From Ruditapes philippinarum (taxonomy: Eukaryota), in assembly GCF_026571515.1 (NCBI RefSeq), contig NW_026863697.1:434001-498000 (forward strand): a DNA stretch of 64,000 bases, given 5' to 3'. Numbering within the stretch: the stretch's first letter is position 1; every line of letters starts with the position of its first letter. Below the pieces are notes generated by a model. It did no database searches, was not told the DNA's origin, and saw only the letters and a program-made list of their open reading frames with translations. The translations under genes were made by a program, and so were the position numbers. Positions 1 through 12,600 of this stretch are shown here, one piece after another.

Positions 1-194
1 CTTAAAGTCACGTAGTATAGGCACCGCGTAAAACTTATTTTCCGTTAAAGAAATCGGTGTAACACTGATCAATAAACTACTTCACGTTATTTATTTTTTA
101 ATCTTTATTCCTCTTTAGAAATGATTTCCAAGATACGTTCTTGTACAGATTGTTATTTTTACATTAAATGGTCAAAATAATGGGTCTAATTTAT

Positions 195-239
<45 letters not shown>

Positions 240-630
240 CTTCATTTCATGGTAAAAATGAGAATATTATTAATATTTATTATTAAGAGTCACAGACCGT
301 GTATTGTCTGCCATTCCGATGTAGGTGAATATACAAGAACGATTTCTGCATACATGTTCTTTATTTATAATTGTTACATGTATGTAGGTGGTCACCTTTA
401 TAAAGTAGTATATATTACCTACGTATGTATTATCACATAACTTTACTTCCTATACAAAGGTGTTGATTAACATTTATAAATAGAAGAATTAAAGTGACAT
501 GGTCCATTATGGAAGGTCTGTAATGCCATATTTATATTTTATTTTCATATGACATATATAGAGCAGATTGTCAGGTTGTTCTAGACATTTTTTGTTATCA
601 AATGAGTCGAGTGTTAGAAACGAAACAAAT

Positions 631-880
631 GAGCCGTGCCATGACAAAACCAACATTTTTTTCCATGCTGGTTTGCGACCAGCATGGATCCAGACCAGCC
701 TGCGCATCCGCGCAGTCTGATCAGGATCCATGCTGTTCGCTTACCAACTCTATTACAAGTGGAGAAACTGACAACGAACAGCATGGATCCTGATCAGACT
801 GCGCAGATGCGCAGGCTGGTCTGGATCCATGCTGGTCGCAAACGCACTATATATATGTTGGTTTTGTCGTGACGCGGCTC
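631..880. mobile_element. Palindromic MITE copy 1 (GAG...CTC ends, 4-bp TSD; Sola-like)
   Basis: ~100-bp inverted arms; TSD AAAT at 627-630 and 881-884; five copies in the window. Confidence 0.88.
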
Positions 881-2683
881 AAATGTTATTTATATTACAT
901 AATGATGCGGTTACGTCCGTTTCGCACCGATTTATCGCAATAGCCATACCAAACCACATTGAAGTCTTATCAACATTTTTGTGTCAAGATATATCTTATA
1001 AAGACAGCCAAATGATACATTTCTATTGTTGTTGTTGTTGTTCTTATTGTTGTTAAGGAAGATATACCCAGTGTAGTCCATCAACTTTACAAGGGTCTAT
1101 ATACACATGTTTGTTTGTATTGCATGTATCTAGGGGAAAACTTTTTCACCTACTTAGTTATACCTAATTATCATATTTCACAATGTTTTTTAGGTTTGTC
1201 AGCAAAATACAATTATATCATTCAGCAATAAGTCATACAATCATGACGTCGGCGTTTCATGACGTATTTAAATTATTAAACGACTTTCCGGCATAAATCA
1301 CTCTGTAACTTTAAGTAATGACATATCTGCAGAGAACTTTAACAATTTATTTATTTATTGAGAATATAAATCAAATTAGAAAACCATTTAAACCGTTGCA
1401 TAACAAAACATTGAATTAAGAGATTATTTTGCGCATGCGTCAACTGTTTTATTGGTTATTGTCCAACATTGAACGGCTATTTTTTCAATTATGGTTGTTT
1501 CGTATAATTTGAAATGAAATATTGTTTTAACTAAATATTTAACTATTTTTTACTTATTTCGTTTCCATTGTAAGTTAAAATACTTATTAGGGGGTAATTC
1601 ACATAATTATTTATAGGAAATTCGATACAGACAAATAGACTAAGGTATGTTCTCCTATATGATTTATTTTACTCTAGGTCTACTTCATTTATTTTTAATG
1701 ACTGTGAAATTTCTCAAATTATATTAATATTGGCTAAAATATATTGTGAAGGTGCAATTTATTCTATGCGATACGTATAAGTGTATCTTAATTATCGTTT
1801 CGGGTAAAAGATATCAAAGCAAAAAGCATTGGCATTTTATGACTTTTATGTTAAACATTTGCAATACAATGGACGCCATGTCATTGTATGATGTTCTTTG
1901 TGTTAACAAGACACATTCGTGTTGTTAATTATTTTTCATAACCAAGCAACACGGATCAAATATGAATTTTAATGCTCTACATTTCGTAATGATTTACAAC
2001 CTTATTGAACAATAAAAAACGTTAAGACATGCCGTGATTTAGCACAAGAAGCACACTGGAGTAACAAAAGTTATCATAAGAACTCTATGACATCTTAAGA
2101 GTTATCACAAGAACTTCAGGACACTTGAAAAATCTGGTATACATTTTTAGCAGGGCCTTAATGTTTGCAATTTTGCATTATAATTAGGTAATAATGTATG
2201 GCAAGGATGAAGATCACAAATAAACAGGTCAGTACGTGCGAATTGGCAAATACTTAGGTCATTTTACTCAAAACTACCAGATTTTAAGCGGCGGTGATGA
2301 AAAATGGCCCATGAATTTTTTTTATACATAATACATGATTAAAGGCCAGCTTTATCATTAAAGTTTAATTAAGCACCTAAAACTCAGTTTTTAGATATGA
2401 AAATGACCATTTTGACGAGTGTTTTTGTAGTATATACAAACGTTTTCCGACGAACTCCGTGACAGTTATCGCAAGAACTCCTGACCAGTTATCATAAGAA
2501 CTCCATCGCTCGTGTAACAGTTCCTCCCCCGTGTATTCATGTTCTATGTACGAGGCCTCTTATCCGAAGTATACGCGAGGAACTGGTGTTTTACAATTGC
2601 GCTAAAGATAAGTTCAGAATGATATTGTGAGCCACGTTGGTATTTAATTATACAAATTAAATAGACTATAAATTGGAGACAAT

Positions 2684-4880
2684 AGACCATTCTTAATATT
2701 CTACAGCTATTTTTAGAACAAGAACCAGAACGAGGCATAACTGGCAAGCTGATAAGCCAGTATAAGCTGTGTATACAATGAAATTAACTTATCTTTGGTT
2801 CCTAACATTAATTTCTCATTTGTAGAGTTATATATTAAACAAAACAAAGGTAATCCCTCTATAAAGAATTCAATTATATTTGTGAGGTATCCATTTATGG
2901 TTTAAGAGGTGAGTAAGGGAAGAGGTTTTTTTTTTTACTTTCGGTTTCAATTTTGCTGTCATAAACATATTTCCGAACATAATATAAGGTTTATGGATAT
3001 AAATCTGCGGTGTCTTGTATTATATAATCTTAGGTGTTCTGTTATTTATGGATTCTTTATACCAACATAAAGGTAATTGCAAATTGAATCTTACAGATAA
3101 GCCCCTTATGACCTGTGGAAAATCTTTATCAGATGTGTATTGGGTGGATTATATCAAACATATATTGACTCAGTTACCATAGTATCTGAAATAAACTAAT
3201 GCCTAGCCAAATTCTATGTATACATGTACTTTATGAATTATAAATTGTACTTCCAGTACTACCAGCAGATACTGCTTGCGCAATATAATTAAGGGAAATG
3301 CCATAGATAACAGAGAAAGAATGAATTTTCTTATTTATTTCAAAATTTTAATAAATACTTTAATACTTTCTAATATTATATTGCTTTTTATTATCCTTTT
3401 TTATTGAAAACCAATTTATATAAACATATAAAAACAATATAATACTGATTATTACATTTTGTCCATGATTGCACTATGGGTTCATTAAAATTAGGTAGTG
3501 TACATGCTAATGTCCATACCTGGTTGACAGAAATGAAATAGATGTGTGAAACAGATGATACTCTTTAATTCTTTTGGTTTTTGATTCTTGCTGATCATTC
3601 TCTCTCTCATTTTCTAGTGTAAATTTGTCTTTTGTACAAATGCTGAAATGTTCAATGACACTTCCCTGTCTGAAAGTATCTTCCTTAATGTAAACCCTTT
3701 ATCACCCATCACATCATCACCAGTTTCCAAAAGTTCAATTAGATCTCAACATCTGACATGCATCCATGTAACAATGACACAAATGAAAACGTGTGCATGT
3801 TCCTTTGTAATTTCACTACAAATTCAGCTGAGTTGCAGGGTCTTTACATCTTTTTGGTCTCCCCCAGTTCAAGCCTCATGAAGCCTTATCAATATCATTT
3901 TCTTCCTGTGTTTCTGTAGACCCATAAGATGTAGATGGTTGGCAATTGGTACTTGTTGCATTATCTTCTTCATCTTCATTATAGACAATGCTGAAACAGA
4001 AATATATATATTACCATATTATTTATTCAGTATCTGAGTGAGAATTTAAATGATTTTTTTTTCTGTAAGCAAACACATTTATTAAACATAAATAAGCATT
4101 ATATTGTATGTATTTAAATGAAATGATGAATATGGGAGTTAAATCAGTGACTTTATCAAAAAAAATGCCTATCAATGAGCATTTTCTTTTGTGAAAGAAT
4201 TTTTCTTATAAGTGGCCTTCTTAATTGGAGTTGTTTGTTCAACCCAATTAAACACAGATGGAATAGAACCATTTTTAAGGGGAGTCCAGTTGTAATCCTC
4301 AGTTTAAAATGTTTGGAACACATCACAGTAGATGCATTGACCCTAAAATATATCATATATTTATAATAAGGAATGATACGGTAACTATTAGTCAGCTTCA
4401 ATCCTCTATTTGTAACATATATTTGAACTGATAATAATTTACAATTTACAAGTTTTAATTGTTATAACTGTTAGATTAAAAGCAAGCAGTTCTCCTATTA
4501 TTTTATTCTAAATTTACAAAATCTGTATTTTTACAAAAATATTATTCTGTTCATAATAGTGGTCAAAGTTTACAAAATATTATTTTTAGGTGCTCACCTT
4601 TAACAATGACCCTTTATCCCTTCTTATCTTAGAAAGTTGGTCATCCATTATTTGTTGTTTTTTTAATCTTTATCCTTTGGAATATGGTTAATCATACTTA
4701 CCATTAGAATAGCACATAGGCACACAAAAATGATATTTAGAACTTTTCTTTATTAACAACCAACATCGTGGCTATATACTCGGTAGTGAGATAAGAGTGG
4801 TCAGTGTGTTTACATTCGTGCCATTTAAACCTCGTTCTGGTTCTGGAATTCCAGGTATGCATATAATTTGAGAAGGGTCT
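2684..4880 (-). mobile_element. Internally deleted ISL2EU/PIF-Harbinger-type DNA transposon
   Basis: Termini AGACCATTCTTAA / TTGAGAAGGGTCT flanked by AT on both sides. A second perfect inverted block AGAACCAGAACGAGG lies at 2721-2735 and 4830-4844. Contains THAP and DDE relics. Confidence 0.8.
3460..4750 (-). pseudogene. Degenerate THAP + DDE_Tnp_4-like transposase
   Basis: Minus-strand fragments with frameshifts and stops. THAP: FCVPMCYSN..IPKD..KIRRDKG (4600-4735) and VNASTVMCSKHFK..LKNGSIPSVFNW (4230-4342). Harbinger-type DDE C-terminus: LLETGDDVMGDKGFTL..VSLNISAF..KRIKEY..NQVWTLACTLPNFNEPIV (3470-3745). Confidence 0.82.
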
Positions 4881-5616
4881 ATTATGGCAAGGTCTAATGT
4901 TATTTTGACTTTGACCTGTACACTTACCATTTTAGACTTGGATTGGCATATTGTCACTTTAAAGTAGAAGTTATTTTAAAATCATAATATAACTGTATTT
5001 ATCACGATCGATTTTAACTTCATATCGTATATCTATGGCTTAAATTGATCATTGAAACTAATTTATCAGTTTGTTGCTTAAATAATTAGCTTTTCAAAAA
5101 TAAATAAAAAAAAACATGAATCTTTAGGATGTGGGGTTGTATGAATTAGTTGTGTCTGCTATAAAAAGAAGGGCATTTATTAATTAGAAGATGATATTTT
5201 AGAAAGCATTTCTTCTCGAACAAAATATGACAAATTTAATTAAATCGCATCAATAATAAAAGTCTTCTTTTTTTCATAAAAAAAAACACAAAATATTGTA
5301 GGCCGTTAGTAAATAATTAATATGAATGCATATATGCAGGTACTATTTCTTCCGTACAGGACCGCCAACAGGGAATACGTTTTGCATCTCCTTTTTCTGG
5401 ATCTGAAACAAATTGAAATAAACTCTATGTAGGCGCTTATTTTAGTTCCATGAAAACCTTTCATAAAATTGACAGTCATATTACTGTTTTTCTATCTCTC
5501 ATTATTTTAAAAGATTCCGTTTACAGAAACACAGTTTCGTAACAAAATAGAAAGTCATTTATTTATATTTAGATGTTTCAACTAGTGAACAGTAGTCTGA
5601 CCATTTCACATCATTT

Positions 5617-5851
5617 GAGCCGTGTCACGACAAAACCAACATAATTGGATTGCGACCAGCATGGATCCAGACCAGCCTGCGCATTTGCGCAGTCTGATCA
5701 GGATCCATGCTGTTCGCTTACAAACCCTATTACAAGTAGAGAAACTGATAGCGAACAGCATGGATCCTGATCAGACTGCGCGAATGCGCAGGCTGGTCTG
5801 GATCCATGCTGGTCGCAAACGCACTATGTTGGTTTTGTCGTGACGCAGCTC
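5617..5851. mobile_element. Palindromic MITE copy 2
   Basis: Near-identical to copy 1; TSD ATTT/ATTT. Confidence 0.9.
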
Positions 5852-8800
5852 ATTTTTATAATAGACCTTAAAGAGTTGGCATTATACGTGTTAACATGAA
5901 AACATAAGTGTTATAAAATAAAGGAAACAATATGAATCTCCACATAGGGGAGCTCGAGGTAACCCTGCATAAATGTCATAATATTTCTGCATTATATCTT
6001 TAGTTGGGATATATTTAATATTTATTCATGTCTCATCACACTAGATTGCACTGTAAACTATACAAGAACAGCATTTAAACATAATCATGTTTACTTATTC
6101 CATAATTAAACGCTTGTTAAAATTTCATAATATAAGCCTACAGAGTAGATTCAATCGTAATATATCGTATTAATTTCTAATAAAGTTCACTTATAAGTAG
6201 AAATTGTATTACTTTATTACATATATGACCAATCAGACATTGCAAAAACGAAAACTTAGCACCTGTGACTATGCCATAGCAATTGACATATCTTATATTT
6301 CAGCATGGCATATAAAATATAAAACTGTTCTAATATAATTGTTGCACTATTTTTTTCTGGTAAATTCAGCATAACCTTGCGAGTAAAGACTTGCTGTTCA
6401 GCAGCCAATTGTATAAACGATGGTTAAAATTTAACACGCTGTCAGAAATTTCTTTACAATGTTTCTCTTTAAACTGAATGTCGAGCTTAAATATTCAGCT
6501 GGTACGAATTCACTGTAAAGGGTGGACTTGGCAGAGCAAAGTGGCAAAGCAAAACTTACAGTCATGAAAATTTATTTTATCCTAGTATCTAAAAGTCCTT
6601 TATCTATGCCCGTAATTTATCTTATAATAAACCTCGCGCAAAAAGGGTTTTGCGTGCAAAAATGATCAACACTTTCTACAGCATGCATACTTGGATGCAA
6701 TTGTGTAACATTGTACATTAATTACGTGAATAGAGTAATTATACTGGTAAGTCAAAGGCCGGGTCCTCGAAGTGGGCCCGGCTTTGTCTTGCCCGCCTAT
6801 AGACTACATGTGAAAATCAAATAAAAAAACAATTAAAGAATACATAGAATTCTATACCTATCAATGAAATTTTCAGTGTCAGTTCTAGTCGGACGTCGCC
6901 AGTTTAAACGTTATTCGATGAAAATAGGCGAGTTATTCCGATAACGGACAATCGCAACTTTTCGGATAAATTATATCGTCGAGTTTTCTGAGTGATAACG
7001 GAAGCGGTGCATATAATACCGAATGACACCTTTAACGGCGCCATTTTCAATGTAACTCAATGATAATCGGCGGTGAATTCCGATAACGGAACGATCGCAA
7101 CTTTTCGGCTAAGGATAATCGCTGGGGTGTTCCGATTAAAAACGGAAGCAGTACATGAAATCCCGAATTGCACCTTCAAAAACGAAAATTGTAAAGTAAC
7201 AAATGAAGGATTTTCTCTGACTTCTCCGTTCAATACGCTTTACCTACGTTTATGTATTCAAGCACAAATGACGGTATGACAAACATTTGCAATATCTCGT
7301 GATTAGACACGTGATACGGCGCGTGACGGTGTTGTAAATCTATAATCTACTACTCTACATTTTTCTCATTTCGCTATCAAAGCAAAAGCATTATATCTTA
7401 TTGACAATGTTCGAAATAAAAAAGTGTTTAAAGACTGACTTCATGTGGATATGTAAGCAGCGCTGAGCATAACGTATTAAATGTTACAGTAAATAAATAG
7501 TTTCTTATTTACAAGACAAACACACTTGCTTAGTTGAATCGATATACTCTTCGTTAGACTGTCTATACAACATAAAATATGATATACTCTGTAAAGGAAA
7601 GTATGGTTTATATTTTCTGCTTTTGACTTTAAGCGGATCAGAAATCGTTTATGTAAGCAGGTAACATTTGAGCGTTCTTTAATACAGTTCCTAATAAATT
7701 GTTAAGCACATTTTATACTACTGTAATTGAAATTGAAATGGCTGCAATATTTTAAAAAATGTAAAAAAGTATGTTCACGTTTCCTATACATGAAAAACAT
7801 AATTTATTCATGAACATCGCTTGTTTTTCATTGTAATACAACCGTGATTAATCGTTCCTTTATAAGTATTATAGTAGATGAGTTTTATACAAAATTTATT
7901 AACGTCATCAACCAGAGTAAACTAAATCCGTGACGTTATTTAAATAATTAACATGTCACTCGGTCATAAAGGTGGTAATTTGGTATATACTTGAGAAATA
8001 TTGATAAATTCATTTTATTTTGACTGTAAGAAATAGTTTTCACGGAAGTGAAACATATTTTCCGTATTCCATTAGTATCTTGCTAGACTTCTTTCCAATG
8101 CACAAGAAGTAAGGGGAACTTCGAAGTCTTTCAAATAGTAATGTCAGAAAAGAGAAAAATGTTAATATAAACAGAAAATAAAATATTTACTGCTATAAAT
8201 ACAGCTTATATTTTCCTCTTGTGGTATGAAAATTATCACATTTCCCTTGTGGCTATCGCCACTCATGAACTTTTTTTTTCCATACCACTCGATGAAAATA
8301 ATTGGTATTTATAGAAAGAACTTGATTATCCTCTATGGATTTCCATTATAACATATTTTTAAAAAGAGATCTGATAGAAAATATGCTTCAAAATATTGAT
8401 GTTACGAAGTAATTTTTCTCGCGTTATTTTCTTTATTGACGTCATACTTGACGAACTATGCTGTGCATGCATGCATCCGACAGTCCTATCTGTATGAATT
8501 GGAAATAATGTGTTACGTGTTAGAATGTATAATTTTTACTGCAAAGCAGATACTGGTAAAAATCTAAGATCCAATATAATCAATGACTCAAATCTGGCTT
8601 ACAAATGTCAAAAATGTTTAAGTCTGATTTTTTAAACTGACCATGAGTGCTATATATGTACAATGAATGTACAGTTCCTATCTATTATAAAGTTATATTA
8701 CGGAAATTGACACTTTAATTCTCTTTCATACATGATGAAGCTGCGATAACCTGTTTTATAAATTATACATTGCTTTACCCTGGGCGACAATAAAATGTCG

Positions 8801-9276
8801 CAACTGCCAGACCGGAGTTATAATATAATATGACAACCGATAAAAAATCCTATATTTCATAATTACTTCCATTCGGATGCACATTGCTATTAAACATTCA
8901 TGTATATGAAAATTATTTTGCGCTCTCTTGAGGGTAGAGTTCATTTATTTTTTCTGAATACTGATGAGTCGCCGATTTTTACTAAATTAAAATATGTGCT
9001 GTCATGACTTGTTGAGGTGTTGTGCATTTATATATATTTATTATTAATTTTACAACATTAGCACAAATTTCAGCACCAACGATTAAAGTACTTTATAAAT
9101 AGGTAATTCAAAGTGAATTAAAAGAAATATATCGTGCTGTTAACTTAAGGTAACAGATATTCTATTGCCAAATAAAGCGGCAGACTTTTTAAGAAATTCA
9201 ATGGACTCTATGCGCTCTATTTTCTTTAATTATCATTATTATTATTGTCATCATCCTCATTATTATTGTTGTTGTT

Positions 9277-9699
9277 NNNNNNNNNNNNNNNNNNNNNNNN
9301 NNNNNNNNNNNNNNNNNNNNNNNNNNNNNNNNNNNNNNNNNNNNNNNNNNNNNNNNNNNNNNNNNNNNNNNNNNNNNNNNNNNNNNNNNNNNNNNNNNNN
9401 NNNNNNNNNNNNNNNNNNNNNNNNNNNNNNNNNNNNNNNNNNNNNNNNNNNNNNNNNNNNNNNNNNNNNNNNNNNNNNNNNNNNNNNNNNNNNNNNNNNN
9501 NNNNNNNNNNNNNNNNNNNNNNNNNNNNNNNNNNNNNNNNNNNNNNNNNNNNNNNNNNNNNNNNNNNNNNNNNNNNNNNNNNNNNNNNNNNNNNNNNNNN
9601 NNNNNNNNNNNNNNNNNNNNNNNNNNNNNNNNNNNNNNNNNNNNNNNNNNNNNNNNNNNNNNNNNNNNNNNNNNNNNNNNNNNNNNNNNNNNNNNNNNN
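9277..9699. other. Assembly gap (N run)
   Basis: Run of n characters following a trinucleotide microsatellite. Confidence 0.99.
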
Positions 9700-12600
9700 A
9701 ACTACTTGTTTTAATATCTTTAAGTTTATGAGTTCATAATTTTACTATCCTTATTTCATTTCACACTACTGTGTTTTTCGATCTGTAGGACTTTAAAATG
9801 AATGCTCTCATGTTCTTGCAACTGTCCTTTAAATGTAAAGTTTGGAATACTGCAACAAAAAAGAATTGAAATACAGTTCAATAAAATGCTCTTTACTAGT
9901 TCATATACAGGACAAAAACTAGAAATATCTACCGAACGGTAACAGTATTACCATTTTAAGATTAAATAAAAAAAATCAATATCGTGACAGACGGGTGAAA
10001 GAATTTGCTGAACAAGTTTATTCAATCCCTGCGAGTTTTAAACAAGCGCGTCCAAAATACTTCGATTTATCTAATGACCGCTTGGCGTTCAACGGTCAGA
10101 CGAACGTCAATTTATTAATAATGCATATTTTAATCAGATACCTCGATCACCCACGTGACTGTATCGATCAATTGAAGTGATACACGAGCACAACAGTGCA
10201 ATATTGGTAAACCATGCTTTCCAATGACATTGACAAGATCAGTGAGTCTGTAGGCGCTTCAATCAAACGGAAGGTTCCCGCGCAAGCGCTGTGATCGGAA
10301 GAAAAATCCCATAATTCCAAGGGCGGGATTTGCGATAATTTCGTGGGTGTTTAATCAACATATAAGATTCAAAATAACGGATGTTAGGTGATGAAAAATT
10401 GAAGTAAGTGCACTTTCGTAAGAGGAAATTACAAATCAAACAGGTTACTATAAAAAAAGAAACAGTGGACCGTTAATAGAGTAAAAATAATAGAAAAAAT
10501 AATAAGAATATAAAAGTTGTTTCATTCTAATTAAGAAAATAAACTTTTGGATACAAAACTGTTCCTCAAAACATGGACATAATTCACAAAATATTTGGAA
10601 AATCTGTACATATTTGTCACGAATCGGTATGTATTTTTTAACTTTGGTAATTGCTGAATTCTGCTTAACTTTTTCTTTAACATATCAACATATAAAGTTG
10701 CTTATGTAATTTTTTTTAAATCAACAGGTTTCATAGTTTATAACAGAGAAATTAAATAAGAAATAATCCAAAAGAAAAAAAATATAATAAAATAAATGAA
10801 AATCACCTTTTTGGTGTAAAAATTGTTAATTAAACCTAAAGAATATATGGGCCTGTTACATTTTTTTCTAACCGCATGAAAGGAAATCCGCATTCAAAAC
10901 CATATAATTAGGAAATATCCCGCAGAAAAGTTAACGCCGTCGCGCTTTGTTTGTAAAAAGACACTAAAACCAGCAAGAAAATATACGTTACATTAGACAA
11001 GGGTCGACATTATTATAAATTAGGTGTTGCTTTTTTTCTTAGTACTAACAAGCTTTGTTACATATACTTGTACGTTCAGGAATTAAGACGCAGAGAGTGA
11101 AAGAAGCATATTAAGGAAAATGACATTTTTAAGGAAAGCCTAAATATTTATTATAGGAATATAGCGTGTTTATAAGTTATATAAAAGCTCGAAATATGAA
11201 AAAACAAAATGTATGAATAACGGTAAATAAGTAAGGACACAAAGAAATTCTTAGTTGATGCAAACCTGCGAACTTCGAAAGACGTTTTTTTAAATTTATT
11301 TTTAAAGCATTAAGCATGATTTTCTCTTTTCGTTTTATGGTGGCAGTTTCATAAAAAGCATTACAAGTTTTATATTTTAGTATGTTTTAATATTTCGTAT
11401 ATGTACGATAAATTTCATATATAAGTCATAGGTTCGTAGGATAACCGAAAAAAAAGTTAAAAACTTTTAAACAAAGTTGTTTTTCTCTTGTTATAACATG
11501 AGATTTTGTCAAATTTATATGATCGCCTTTTGCTTGTTTTGTTTGTTTGTTTGTTTGTTTGTTCTTGCATGTTGTCTATTGTTGCGTATACTTGGCGATT
11601 TAAATCCTTTGTTGTACATGCAAAATAATTCCACTGAGGTAATAGCTTAAAAACGTTAAAATTTTAATTCTTACAGAGCTTTCCATGTTTGAGTTATTTG
11701 CACAATAAAAATATTATTATGGAATAACGGGATGAGGGCATGATCTGAAAAATTGCACACAAGTTATTGGTCCAGATCTACATCAAATGATACAAAAGTC
11801 TTGGAAAGATATTTCCAGTCCCGTCATGTCAAAAAAAACCTTAATGGAGTCCGTTTAACAAGATTCAAATAACTAACCGCCTACTGCTAAAATGTCGGAC
11901 CATTCTAACAAAATTTAATACAGCAGTGTTTGCAGTTGGTATTTCTTCAATTCCAAAGGTTATTTTGTTTGGTTTGATTTTACGGCGCACAAACATCATA
12001 CAGCCAACGTAGATTATGTTGGTGCGCCATAAAGCCAAACCAAACAAAACAAAGTTATTTCGCAATTTAAGCATCGTAACGCCTGCTCGCTTTCACTCAA
12101 AAATTTCGATTCTTATACGGCGCTGAAATTTTAGTATCCAGGTCTAAGGTACATGTATGTACTGGAGAAACTAATTTGAAAACAAACAAACGGCGCCCAA
12201 AGACAAGAGCATATTGTCTTTTGTCTACTAGGAAACAATTCTCCTGGGAAGTTTAAATCGCATTGTAAAGTTCATTCATCTTCATTTAAACGACTCTTCG
12301 AGGACAGGATACTTCTTTTGCCGCGTTTTCTGTGCTGAAAGACGAATGATTATAGAAAATGGTTTTGTCGCGTTGATGTTAGTTCCTGGGGCCACAGGCA
12401 CCGTTGAACTTAAGTTTCATTTCAACATGGGTTGTTGACCAGATTCACATGATAATCTTTAAAGCAGCATGCCTCTTGATTTATGTACGTAAATTTTTAT
12501 GATTTTTTAAAGCTGTAGTAAAAAGAAGTATAATATCAAGATATCATGGTAAGTAATTTACACTTTTAAAATCTACGAAAGTTGCAGGTCAGGATATGCA

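Noticed and set aside
168-440. Poly-Phe ORF
   Set aside because: Caused by a poly(T) run.
507-1056. Short ORFs MDPDQPAH../MDPDQTAR.. (also 5622-5843)
   Set aside because: Translations of the GC-rich palindromic MITE, not genes.
9165-9739. 188-aa and 164-aa ORFs
   Set aside because: Artefacts of reading through the N gap.
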